DNA of 64,000 nucleotides from a virus, in the IMG/VR virus record IMGVR_UViG_3300028394_002011; one strand, given 5' to 3'. Positions 26,886-35,998 of this stretch are shown here, piece after piece (within the stretch, counting starts at the first letter, position 1; each line of letters begins with the position of its first letter). Under the pieces are notes generated by a model. It was not told the origin of the DNA. It saw only the letters and a program-made list of their open reading frames with translations, and made no database searches. A program made the translations under genes and the position numbers.

Positions 26886-28150
26886 TCTACTATCATCCTA
26901 TGACATCTGGGGAAAATTATTTTCCAATCTTTACCTTGTATTGCAGACATCTTTATAAAAAAGTTTAATAAATCTTTTCTGCCTTGCACAATTTCTTTGT
27001 CAGTCATAGGAAGGGTTTTAGAATACTCTTCCCATTGGGTTAGCATTGTCAATATTCTGTGGTTATCCGTTTGTTCTTTAAGATATTTAAATATTTCCAA
27101 ATGTTGCTTGGCAGTCATTAATCGTAAATTTAAATATTTTGGATTCATCACAGGATGACTTACTATATCAGAAAACGTATTAAGGTTAATCTTTTTAAAT
27201 TGTTTGCTCTCTAACCATTGCATCCACGTAACAAAGTGCTCAATGTTTAAAATTGATAAAGTTGTGCTAGTGAAGATAGAAAAATGATCGGGCATGCCAT
27301 CTAAAAAATCTAAGTTTTTTTCAATTACGTTCCATTTAGTTGGATAACGTATGGCCTCATTAACTTCGCCATACGCATCAATGGAACAACATAATTTAAC
27401 AAATTTAAATTGACTGATAGCATCTAGGAATTCTTTAGGAATGACTGTGACATTGATGCTGTACTCTAATTCAATATTTTTGGAAAATCCCTGCTCTATT
27501 AAATTTTTTAATAATATCAAGTGTTGTTTAACAAGCCACGGTTCACCGCCGCCAAATTTGATTTTTTGCAAATACTCTGAATGGTCAGTTAACAGTTGAT
27601 AATAGTCTTGCTGATTGCACCAATCAAAATGTTCGTGACCGTCTGTGCTATAAGTAACATGATCTATCATGAACACTTTAGATCCTGTAATTTGTTCTTG
27701 TATCTTATTCCACTGATTACTTTCGCCAGGATAGCACATAACACATTGCAGGTTACATTTATTACCTAGCCTTAAATCCATTGATAGTACCCGTTGTTCG
27801 GTCACAGTTCCGTCCAGCAGTGTGATTCGTTCAGCATCCTCTCTGGTAAAGTCATACATGGTCGCTTCCCATTGGTTGCGACTACGTTTTCCGGCAGCTT
27901 GCTCTAGTTTACAACGCCGGCATTGTTCCGGCCATTCGTTATTAAGAAATTTTATTCTAACATCTTTTAAAGTATCAGAATTTAATGCTTGATCAATATC
28001 ATTTATTCTTAAAAGTCTTCCATCTTTTTCAAGTAACGTATTTTTATTGCCGCCACTTTGGCTATGAGAGCATACCCGTAGATATCCGTTACTTTTAACA
28101 GCAACATGACTCCATGGGATAGGACACCATACGTTATCTAAATTGTTCAT
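26873..28150 (-). CDS. radical SAM protein with N-terminal SPASM/twitch domain
   Basis: CNLQCVMC; GGGEP; CPIPWSH...CRRC. Confidence 0.92.
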   Translation of the reverse strand: MNNLDNVWCPIPWSHVAVKSNGYLRVCSHSQSGGNKNTLLEKDGRLLRINDIDQALNSDTLKDVRIKFLNNEWPEQCRRCKLEQAAGKRSRNQWEATMYDFTREDAERITLLDGTVTEQRVLSMDLRLGNKCNLQCVMCYPGESNQWNKIQEQITGSKVFMIDHVTYSTDGHEHFDWCNQQDYYQLLTDHSEYLQKIKFGGGEPWLVKQHLILLKNLIEQGFSKNIELEYSINVTVIPKEFLDAISQFKFVKLCCSIDAYGEVNEAIRYPTKWNVIEKNLDFLDGMPDHFSIFTSTTLSILNIEHFVTWMQWLESKQFKKINLNTFSDIVSHPVMNPKYLNLRLMTAKQHLEIFKYLKEQTDNHRILTMLTQWEEYSKTLPMTDKEIVQGRKDLLNFFIKMSAIQGKDWKIIFPRCHRMIVEWNE

Positions 28151-29117
28151 TGGCCTTGTCTACTTCGCCGCATTGTTTAGTACATGCTCGCAAGGGTTTA
28201 TTAGACCACGTTTCTTCAATACGATTGAAAAATTGACTTTCAAATATATCTTCAAATGATTGTGTATTAAGATTTGGATTAACGAACCCTTGGTCTTTGT
28301 AATCAACTAGACTAAAGGTGTTGGGTGTTGTTCCAGTATAATCTAACCAACAACACGGAGTAACACTACCGTCTGCTCCTACAAACAAACTTTTATCTTT
28401 TTTAACTTTACAATTTATTTTTTTTGTTTCTTCCAATTTGATGGAAAACAATTTCTTAGATATATCAATGCTTCTTTCGGTAGGGTAAATTATATGGCTA
28501 GTCTTGCCTTCTTTGGTGAGAACTGGCAAGTGCCCATCTCGGAATCTAGCAGAATTCTTTTGTACAAATTCTGAGAATCCTAACTTTTCACTTAAACTCC
28601 TACATTCATCTATTTGATGTTTGTTGTGTTCGAACACTAACATGTGCCATCTTGCTAGGCCACCAGACTGAATAAAGACTGTGGCATTGTTAATTATCTT
28701 ATCAAAATTAGTTCCGATTCGATACAATGAATGTGTATCAGCTAACCCGTCAATACCAAATGTAACAAACACATTCAATTTGGCCAATTGTTCCCACCAT
28801 TTTTCTGATTGTGCGCTGCCATTAGTATGCAACCCTAGTTCTATGTTTGAGTTATGCTCTCTAACATACTGGAATACTTTAAGTGTATCTTTAGCAACTA
28901 TGGCATCGCCTGAGTTACCGCACATGAATAATTTGGTTAGCTGTTTGATAAAGGGAATAGGAAACCATTTTTTGAATTGGTCTATAGTAATTTCTGTTTC
29001 TATTAACCAAGGGTTTGCAATGCCGCCTTGTATATTACGTTGACACATCGGACAACTGGCTTGACATTTGTTTGTTAATTCTAAATGAATTTCTTTAATT
29101 TGATCTAATTTATACAT
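28134..29117 (-). CDS. radical SAM protein with C-terminal SPASM domain
   Basis: CQASCPMC; C-terminal C...DGSVTPCC...CTKQC. Confidence 0.92.
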   Translation of the reverse strand: MYKLDQIKEIHLELTNKCQASCPMCQRNIQGGIANPWLIETEITIDQFKKWFPIPFIKQLTKLFMCGNSGDAIVAKDTLKVFQYVREHNSNIELGLHTNGSAQSEKWWEQLAKLNVFVTFGIDGLADTHSLYRIGTNFDKIINNATVFIQSGGLARWHMLVFEHNKHQIDECRSLSEKLGFSEFVQKNSARFRDGHLPVLTKEGKTSHIIYPTERSIDISKKLFSIKLEETKKINCKVKKDKSLFVGADGSVTPCCWLDYTGTTPNTFSLVDYKDQGFVNPNLNTQSFEDIFESQFFNRIEETWSNKPLRACTKQCGEVDKANEQFR

Positions 29118-29730
29118 TTTTATGTCCTATAACCATCCATCGTTTGTATAACGGTAGTTCTAATTCTCCAGCCCATAATATTTCAAGTTGGCATTGCTCT
29201 TTAAATTCTTCTAAATCTTTAGAGATGCGCACATGTTCGGGAATGTTATAGTTATTGCTTTGAAGAACTAACAAACTATTTTGAGGGTGTCCACTAAGCC
29301 ATAAATCATATTGATCTTGTGTAATATGTTCACAACTAGTATTAATAATAATATCGGCATCACTTCTTATGGCACACATATCCGATGTAATTGCTCGAAA
29401 CTTTCCTAATATTTCCTCACCCTTATTCATCATAGTAGCAATAGATTCACAACTAGGATCTATATCAATACTGCGAATACTAGCTACCGGGATCCTACTT
29501 TGAAACATCATGCTGGCAAGAACACCAACCCACCCACCGTGAATGTCTATAGAAAAAGGCTTAGGCAATGTACAATCAACTTGAGGATGAACAACTAACT
29601 CTAACGAATTAATTAGCCACTCTTTACTTTTAAGTTGTCCTGACCAAAAGGCATCCATGGTCCGAATAGGATCTGGACTTTGTCGAATAGCTTGCATCCA
29701 ATAGTGTAAGTGTTCTGTATCAATTTTCAT
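29110..29730 (-). CDS. class I SAM-dependent methyltransferase-like protein
   Basis: DIHGGWVG motif I; SIDIDP motif II; INTSCEH. Confidence 0.7.
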   Translation of the reverse strand: MKIDTEHLHYWMQAIRQSPDPIRTMDAFWSGQLKSKEWLINSLELVVHPQVDCTLPKPFSIDIHGGWVGVLASMMFQSRIPVASIRSIDIDPSCESIATMMNKGEEILGKFRAITSDMCAIRSDADIIINTSCEHITQDQYDLWLSGHPQNSLLVLQSNNYNIPEHVRISKDLEEFKEQCQLEILWAGELELPLYKRWMVIGHKNV

Positions 29731-30911
29731 AAGTCAATTGCTCTTGTTTTTTTGCCCATTGCATTTCGTGGAACAGCATCTATGTATGTAAATTTTCTAG
29801 GAACACTGAAGTCTGGTAACTTTTTAAGAAATATTTCATTCATGGCAGTTTTATTAGTAACAGCGTTCTTATTAGTAAAAAATAATTCTATCCAATCTGT
29901 GCCTAAACTGTTTCTGACAACTGCAACGGCCTCTCCCAACTCCGCATCGTCTTCGGCAATTGTTTCAATGGCTAATAAACTAGCTTTAAATCCATTTAAT
30001 TTAACAATGTCATTTGACCTGCCTATAAATTTAATCATGTTATCTTGTTGATCCCACAAATCGTGAGTATTAAACCAACCATCAGTTAGTCCAAAGTCTT
30101 GTATATTAGCACACAGAGTTGGCCCTTTGATCCATAACTCTTTATTCATTATTTTAAACTCAGCAGACTGAGTTGAAGTTAAATTTAAGTATCTTGCAAA
30201 ATCGTCAGAGTTTGTTGATAATCGATGTAATATAGGAGTACCTACTTCCGTAGTTCCATACATGTGATTTAGAGCTTTTCCTTTATTTTTAAAAAAGAAT
30301 TCTACATGGCGATCAAGTACTGCCGAAGAACCTATTCCTACTTTATTATATTTTGAAAAATCAATAGGAACATTTCTCAAGCGTAAGTAGTCCATTAGTG
30401 CTGGTACTATAATAGTAACATTAGTATTTTGATTAAGATCATCTAGAATTGTTTCTCTTGATCCTAGCACTATGGAAAAATTGTGTTCTATTAAAGAAGG
30501 AATAATCATATTCCAAAACCCAACTGTAAATGCTGGTAACAGATTTAAAAATTTAACATTACTATCCCATCCCATGATAGTAGTAGACGAAATAATTGCG
30601 TGTTGTATCTGCTGTTTTTGATGCACAGCAATTTTAGGCAATCCGGTAGTGCCGCTAGTATGAAAAAACAAAGAGTCATTGTATGGTAAAGTTAAAACTT
30701 TCTCGTCTAGATACGACAACTCTGTTTTTGAAAGAAATGGTGCTTTAATAAAAATATTGCCGCCTACTGTCATCCAAGCGACATAAGCGGCAATATGCTC
30801 AGCGTGATCTATCGAACAGATTGTTACTACCTGTTCCTTTTTTAACTTATCTACATAATCTAAAACTTTATTCGATAGGTTAAGTAAAAGTCCGTTCTGA
30901 TAAATCTTCAA
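29727..30911 (-). CDS. AMP-binding acyl-CoA synthetase-like protein
   Basis: HTSGTTGLPK, YGTTE, GRSND, RNAMGK. Confidence 0.88.
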   Translation of the reverse strand: MKIYQNGLLLNLSNKVLDYVDKLKKEQVVTICSIDHAEHIAAYVAWMTVGGNIFIKAPFLSKTELSYLDEKVLTLPYNDSLFFHTSGTTGLPKIAVHQKQQIQHAIISSTTIMGWDSNVKFLNLLPAFTVGFWNMIIPSLIEHNFSIVLGSRETILDDLNQNTNVTIIVPALMDYLRLRNVPIDFSKYNKVGIGSSAVLDRHVEFFFKNKGKALNHMYGTTEVGTPILHRLSTNSDDFARYLNLTSTQSAEFKIMNKELWIKGPTLCANIQDFGLTDGWFNTHDLWDQQDNMIKFIGRSNDIVKLNGFKASLLAIETIAEDDAELGEAVAVVRNSLGTDWIELFFTNKNAVTNKTAMNEIFLKKLPDFSVPRKFTYIDAVPRNAMGKKTRAIDL

Positions 30912-30912
30912 T

Positions 30913-31485
30913 TTAAAACCTTCGAACTAAAAAAACTCTATATTGATTACTTTCGTAATCTCCGTAAGTTAATGCATACCCTGCCTCAACACTAACGTTT
31001 GGAGTAATCTTATAACCTAAACCGACACCATACAGATTTGTCTTCCATAATGACGAAGTATCATAGTTATTACGATATCGATACATAACATCTCCATATA
31101 TTTTTGATGTAAAATCATATTTTGTTCCGACAGTCAATGCGTAGTAGTTATAATCCGTTGCCGTTGCAGAATTAATATCTCTGCGGCCAACTGCTATCTG
31201 AGCATACGGCATGAATTGATCTATCTTTTTGGTATAACCTGTATATGCCTCATATCTTGATTCTGAAGGTATCGTTGTAAGTTCAGGATACCCTTTTTGG
31301 ATACTTGTTCCTAGATAGACTCCGTTATCATATCTATAAGATACTGCTACTTGATAAAGGTCAACAGTAAATGTTTTAGGGTAAGTGATATTTTCTTGGC
31401 CCACGCCTGCCGCAACCACAACAGTACCTGCCTGGGCTGTGGCCATACAGATCATACTTGCTAATATTGTTATTAATTTTTTCAT
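30913..31485 (-). CDS. outer-membrane beta-barrel protein
   Basis: Signal peptide MKKLITILASMICMATAQA (start moved to 31485); alternating aromatic beta-strands; C-terminal Phe. Confidence 0.75.
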   Translation of the reverse strand: MKKLITILASMICMATAQAGTVVVAAGVGQENITYPKTFTVDLYQVAVSYRYDNGVYLGTSIQKGYPELTTIPSESRYEAYTGYTKKIDQFMPYAQIAVGRRDINSATATDYNYYALTVGTKYDFTSKIYGDVMYRYRNNYDTSSLWKTNLYGVGLGYKITPNVSVEAGYALTYGDYESNQYRVFLVRRF

Positions 31486-31892
31486 ACAGATACCTTTCTC
31501 CAAGAAATTAAGTTCCAAGCACGTTCGTGTGCATAATGTACAACAATAAACAAAACATTAGTTACTATGGTCCACTCAATTGCGTCAGAACTTTGTAGAC
31601 CCATTACTATACCAAACACAAACAAAACAATCAACGACCAAATTCTCCATGTAATCGTTTTGGCAACAGTTCTCTTATGTAACTCATGAATTCCTTCCAT
31701 TCCCCATTTGACTCTAAGCCATAGTCGTTCTTGTATGTAAAATGTTAGAGATCCTAAAGTGTAAACCAAAATCACAAACTTCAATCCAAATCCGGCTCCG
31801 TAATTCATAACAATTGATGCAATGAATATTGATAATGCTACTGCTGTTCGATATGACAGCGTTTTAATAATAGTTCTTAAATTACTTTCCAA
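31482..31892 (-). CDS. DUF2061-like membrane protein (two repeats)
   Basis: ES..RTIIKTLSYR...YIQERLW and KRTVAKTITWR...YAHERAW. Confidence 0.75.
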   Translation of the reverse strand: MESNLRTIIKTLSYRTAVALSIFIASIVMNYGAGFGLKFVILVYTLGSLTFYIQERLWLRVKWGMEGIHELHKRTVAKTITWRIWSLIVLFVFGIVMGLQSSDAIEWTIVTNVLFIVVHYAHERAWNLISWRKVSV

Positions 31893-32877
31893 AATTATTC
31901 TCCTGTTTTATTTTTGGTATTTTTGAATCCGCAGAACTAACACATCTAGGAGTTGTGCAAGTCACCGGAGTTGTAAAAAGTTTAAAATCTTGTAATGTTC
32001 CTAACGGGACGTCATAACAGCTATACGATCGTTTTACTTCATTACCTCTTATTATAACACTTTGATAACCCGAATTACAAGTCCAATTGGTAAATTCATT
32101 AAATCCAAAAGCATTAAACCTTTCAGCTTGGTCAAATAGGTATTCGTCACCTTGTGAATCGTATAACGCCACTTGATAAACTTCCTCATCATCGGTACGT
32201 TGAGGAAACCCTGTTTGCATTTTATATATCATATCCTCATTATACCCCTCTACAATTGCGGTTGCTGACGGATTGCTTTGCGGTTTCAATGTAACGTTGA
32301 TGCCTCGGCTATGAAATCGTTCCATGCGGTCGTATAACTCATAAAACTTTTCAGGCACCATTACTTGATTGATTGTAACATGTACTAGTTCATACATTAA
32401 CTGTAAACACTTGTCGCCAAACTCTTGCTCTTTGGCAAACTCATCGTGATAACTGGCCGTGATACTCCTGCGTTGTAGCATTTCAGTATTAGTACACCAA
32501 GTGTTCCACCACTTACTTCCTGGCGACAAATTAGTTGTCATGTGTATACTTTGATAGGGCGTTTGTACTCCGTCATCCAAGTATTTGGTTAGTTCTAGTA
32601 AATGTTTATATGCAGTAGGCTCACCTCCACTGAACGACCAGTGGAACTGGTTAAACCCATTGGCTCGTGCTTGACGCTTAATCTCGTCTACAGTAGATTT
32701 ATATACTTCAAATGGTTGGTGATCCATTTGGTCACTGCGAGCATAGGGCCAACAGTAACTACAATTATAGTTACAAAACCTACCTAGGATCCAACTGGTA
32801 GAAAATAATGGTTTGGTTAACATTGTACGCTGTCCAAAACGTACAATATTCTTGAATGGAATATCTGTAAAGTTCAT
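31882..32877 (-). CDS. radical SAM protein
   Basis: CNYNCSYC; SGGEP; C-terminal CNSG...C...C..S; same subtype as 23131. Confidence 0.92.
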   Translation of the reverse strand: MNFTDIPFKNIVRFGQRTMLTKPLFSTSWILGRFCNYNCSYCWPYARSDQMDHQPFEVYKSTVDEIKRQARANGFNQFHWSFSGGEPTAYKHLLELTKYLDDGVQTPYQSIHMTTNLSPGSKWWNTWCTNTEMLQRRSITASYHDEFAKEQEFGDKCLQLMYELVHVTINQVMVPEKFYELYDRMERFHSRGINVTLKPQSNPSATAIVEGYNEDMIYKMQTGFPQRTDDEEVYQVALYDSQGDEYLFDQAERFNAFGFNEFTNWTCNSGYQSVIIRGNEVKRSYSCYDVPLGTLQDFKLFTTPVTCTTPRCVSSADSKIPKIKQENNFGK

Positions 32878-32934
32878 CGCGTATATTTAACCGCTATATT
32901 ACTAGCCAAAAAATTATGAGGTCACCAAAAGCAT

Positions 32935-32963
32935 TTGACTTTAATCCAAAATGGCTATATAAT
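32935..32963 (+). promoter_or_regulatory. sigma70-type promoter
   Basis: TTGACT-17-TATAAT, 6 nt before the tRNA-like RNA. Confidence 0.82.
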
Positions 32964-32969
32964 TACATG

Positions 32970-33065
32970 GTAGATGTGAGTGGAATCTGGTAGACCTCCA
33001 GCTTGCTGGGAACAGGGCTAGGCTATTAGCTGCCTTTGTAGGTTCGAATCCTACCATCTACACCA
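32970..33065 (+). ncRNA. tRNA-like RNA lacking a canonical anticodon arm
   Basis: Perfect 7 bp acceptor GTAGATG/CATCTAC + A + CCA; T-arm GTAGG-TTCGAAT-CCTAC; Leu-type D loop; CCAG-CTTG-CTGG hairpin in the anticodon position; long extra arm. Confidence 0.8.
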
Positions 33066-33094
33066 TTTTTAATTACACACAGAAAGAGGCACAT

Positions 33095-33427
33095 ATGAAA
33101 AAGGCACTGATAGTATTGTTAATGTTTGTGGGAACAGTTCAGGCTAGCGAACAGTTTTCTACAAATTCTAATGTTGTTACAACTAGTACCATCAAGTGGA
33201 TACAAGTTGACAATGTATTCGAAGCTTGCGATACTGAAAGTAAAAATCGTGGCAACGGCGGTTTTGCAAGATTAGGTTCAGGCCAAAAGATGGACGGTTG
33301 TTCTTTTTGGTCTAACACTACTCCAAACAAAACTAATATGTGTACTATTATCACAGCAAAGACTACAGACCACGATACAGTAGGTCACGAAGTCCGGCAT
33401 TGTTTCCAAGGCAATTTCCATAAATGA
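33095..33427 (+). CDS. secreted hypothetical protein (HExxH at C-terminus)
   Basis: Signal peptide; GHEVRHCF. Confidence 0.75.
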   Translation: MKKALIVLLMFVGTVQASEQFSTNSNVVTTSTIKWIQVDNVFEACDTESKNRGNGGFARLGSGQKMDGCSFWSNTTPNKTNMCTIITAKTTDHDTVGHEVRHCFQGNFHK

Positions 33428-33978
33428 AAAAAATAGCATCAAGTCCAGAACGACATACCTTTCAAAAAGAAGGGTATGTTAAACGCTGTGAGGAAGAGGG
33501 TAAACTTCCTAATCCTGAATATGTTGCTATGTATAAATCTTGGCGAGAACAGGAAGCAGAACAACTAAAAGATCCAGAATGGCAACAGGATAATATGGAG
33601 TATGACCTCCGTAGTACCAAATGGATTTGCGATAAAGTCAAGACCAGTGATAACTATGCTCAAAACTTGTATGCCGCAATGTGCAATCAGGAATGGCGCA
33701 AACGAGATCTATGGCCAGAAATGAAAGAAGAAAATTGGGGTTGCAGTTGGCGTAGTGCCGGTGGCATTGTTGCAAACATGCGAGAACAAGGTGACTACAT
33801 CGATTGGTATTGTAGCGGTATTGGCAATCCAGAATTAGGCAATGGTTTAGATGGAACTGTGCCGGATGTCTCTGATGGTCGTACCTATGTTCCAGAAGGT
33901 CAAGTAACTGAAGAAATTGAATTAGATTTAAATCGATTGGGATGGAGACCAGTTCCTTATAAAGACGAAGAACTATAA
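33424..33978 (+). CDS. conserved hypothetical phage protein
   Basis: 184 aa; translationally coupled to the upstream gene. Confidence 0.8.
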   Translation: MKKIASSPERHTFQKEGYVKRCEEEGKLPNPEYVAMYKSWREQEAEQLKDPEWQQDNMEYDLRSTKWICDKVKTSDNYAQNLYAAMCNQEWRKRDLWPEMKEENWGCSWRSAGGIVANMREQGDYIDWYCSGIGNPELGNGLDGTVPDVSDGRTYVPEGQVTEEIELDLNRLGWRPVPYKDEEL

Positions 33979-33991
33979 AGTAAATACTATT

Positions 33992-34162
33992 ATGGAAAAA
34001 CTAACATTTTTAGCAGAAGAAATTTTTGAAGATATTCCTGGAGACCCGGATAATGTCATGATGAAAATTCCACCGGAGATTTGCGAAGCACAAGGATGGG
34101 TTGAAGGTACTACACTGAATATTCAGGTGGAAAATGGAAAAATGATCATTAGCAAAGCATGA
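33992..34162 (+). CDS. small AbrB/MazE-like domain protein (56 aa)
   Basis: Read by eye: MKIPPEICEAQGWVEGTTLNIQVENGKMII; ATGA overlap with infA. Confidence 0.65.
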   Translation: MEKLTFLAEEIFEDIPGDPDNVMMKIPPEICEAQGWVEGTTLNIQVENGKMIISKA

Positions 34163-34377
34163 GTAAAGACGACTTACTTGAATTAACTGGACAGGTTACT
34201 GAAGTATTGCCTGGTAACATGTACAGAGTACAGTTGGACGATAATCAACATATCATATTGGCTTATCTAGGTGGCAGATTAAAACAACACAAAATTAAAA
34301 TTATTTTAGGCGATAAAGTCCGAGTGGAAGTAAGCACTTATGATTTATCAAAAGGTCGCGTAACGTATAGGTTATAA
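34159..34377 (+). CDS. infA: translation initiation factor IF-1
   Basis: MSKDD.LEL.G.V.EVLPG.MYRV.L...GDKV.VE.S.YDLSKGR.TYR. Confidence 0.96.
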   Translation: MSKDDLLELTGQVTEVLPGNMYRVQLDDNQHIILAYLGGRLKQHKIKIILGDKVRVEVSTYDLSKGRVTYRL

Positions 34378-34378
34378 A

Positions 34379-35047
34379 ATGAATGCCGTAATGGAAACTG
34401 TCAGTGCTGTTTGCAATCAAGTTAGACGCAAAAGTAAACTCGGTTCCAGTTTCCAAAATCTAGTAGTATCTCTTCGTAGAGAATTTAGGTTGGCAAAATT
34501 TAATTTAAAAATTAAATCCACTAGAGATAAAGTACTAGGGCCCGAAGAATTTTATGTTAACGCATATTATGATGCCGAAGAAGATCAAAATAACGAAACA
34601 CCTATAGAAGTAGTTGTGCATCATAATTTTGATAATACAGTTATTTGGGATACTACACAAACTACAGAATTCTTAATTCAAATTTTTGACGCCACTATAC
34701 ATGAATTCAAACACCAACGACAAAGCGTAAAACGAAAATATGTAATCTATTCAGACTACGTTAAAAAACCCTACAAAGATTATTTAGAAGAAGACGACGA
34801 AATTGATGCTTATGCATTTAGCATAGCCGTTGAACTATGTCGTGCTTTAGGAAAATATCGTGCATTACGATATATGCATAGGGTATCTTCTCTAGCCAAA
34901 TTAAAGTTTAATGGCAAATTCGTTAGTCCGTGTTTGGCTTCTTATTTTGGACAGTTTGGAGATTTAACCAATCCTGTAATCAAACGGCTAACCAAAAAGG
35001 TCTATGTACGCCTGCAAAAGATTGACACAGATGCCGTCTTCGTGTAA
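34379..35047 (+). CDS. HExxH putative metalloprotease-like protein
   Basis: HEFKHQRQ ... DEIDAYA; paralogue of 42740. Confidence 0.65.
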   Translation: MNAVMETVSAVCNQVRRKSKLGSSFQNLVVSLRREFRLAKFNLKIKSTRDKVLGPEEFYVNAYYDAEEDQNNETPIEVVVHHNFDNTVIWDTTQTTEFLIQIFDATIHEFKHQRQSVKRKYVIYSDYVKKPYKDYLEEDDEIDAYAFSIAVELCRALGKYRALRYMHRVSSLAKLKFNGKFVSPCLASYFGQFGDLTNPVIKRLTKKVYVRLQKIDTDAVFV

Positions 35048-35050
35048 AAT
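35022..35050 (+). promoter_or_regulatory. sigma70-type promoter
   Basis: TTGACA-17-TAAAAT. Confidence 0.75.
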
Positions 35051-35083
35051 ACAAAGTATATTAACTCACATACAGAGAGCAAA

Positions 35084-35776
35084 ATGGCTAACAAAGAGTT
35101 TCCAACCCAACAAGTTCTAGAGCTGGCTTGTGCGGCACAACGAGTAAACGGTGCTTATATCAAGGAAGCACAGGCTGTTTACTCGGACGACAATATCTAC
35201 ATGTATTCCAAACAGACCAATAAATTAATGATGTTGTGTACACTCGATCCTGCCATTTGGACTGCCGATCCTAAAGAAGCACCAATGCCTTTAAAGGTAC
35301 TTGCCGAAGATACTGCTCTAGCAGAAGAAATCAAAAAACATTTTCGAAAATTCTTGTTCAGTGCTATCGAAGGTGAGAATGATTTTCAAACTAATATAAA
35401 CACAATACTGTCGGGCGATACAGTTAAACAAAATCAATTTGGTTATGTGGCTTGCTTGCCCAGTGTATATGTAAGAGACATTGCTCAATCTAAAGTTAAG
35501 AAGGCCGCACGGTCAGTTGAAGAAGGTTACTTGTCAGATATTGGTAGTAATCTTAAAGACTTGGATGCAGAAATAATTTCCTCAATCAAGTCAAAAAACT
35601 TTGAAGGTTACAATATAGATGCTATAATCAACAGTAAGATGTGCTCTTGGCTAAACAAAACTAACTTGCAGTTGGGTGCATGTATTATTGTCAAAGCCAA
35701 AGTTAAAGATCACTCTAAACACTGGAAGCACGGCAACGATGTTACTAGACTTAACTACGTAAAGGCGGCACAATGA
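35084..35776 (+). CDS. hypothetical protein (possible C-terminal OB fold)
   Basis: 230 aa with RBS; C-terminal KAKVKDH...TRLNYVK. Confidence 0.8.
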   Translation: MANKEFPTQQVLELACAAQRVNGAYIKEAQAVYSDDNIYMYSKQTNKLMMLCTLDPAIWTADPKEAPMPLKVLAEDTALAEEIKKHFRKFLFSAIEGENDFQTNINTILSGDTVKQNQFGYVACLPSVYVRDIAQSKVKKAARSVEEGYLSDIGSNLKDLDAEIISSIKSKNFEGYNIDAIINSKMCSWLNKTNLQLGACIIVKAKVKDHSKHWKHGNDVTRLNYVKAAQ

Positions 35777-35991
35777 CATACTCCTGGATTTTAATCATAG
35801 CAATGTATAGCCCTGCTGGAGACTTCATGGGGAAGAATACTGTAGGCTTCAATAGTCAAAAAGATTGTGAAGCTGTGAAAATACAATTGACTAATTTAGA
35901 TCATCCAATGAAAGTACGTCACAAAGGTTTATGCGTAACTCGAGAACATTGGGAAGGCAAGAAACAAATGCCCGGTGTAGCTTACGATTAG
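35773..35991 (+). CDS. hypothetical protein
   Basis: 72 aa, ATGA-coupled. Confidence 0.7.
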   Translation: MTYSWILIIAMYSPAGDFMGKNTVGFNSQKDCEAVKIQLTNLDHPMKVRHKGLCVTREHWEGKKQMPGVAYD

Positions 35992-35998
35992 GATTAAT

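Noticed and set aside
7787-32877. Classical RiPP cluster (rSAM-SPASM plus precursor peptide)
   Set aside because: Genes abut or overlap; I found no short precursor ORF with an RBS, no RRE/PqqD protein, no protease and no ABC exporter
23131-32877. QueE, NrdG or MoaA assignment for the shorter radical SAM proteins
   Set aside because: Only the generic CxxxCxxC/GGEP motifs match; family-specific motifs were not recognised and queD is more than 26 kb away
32970-33065. tRNA-Sec, tRNA-Pyl or suppressor tRNA
   Set aside because: No TCA/CTA/TTA anticodon in a 7-nt loop; the acceptor stem is a normal 7 bp
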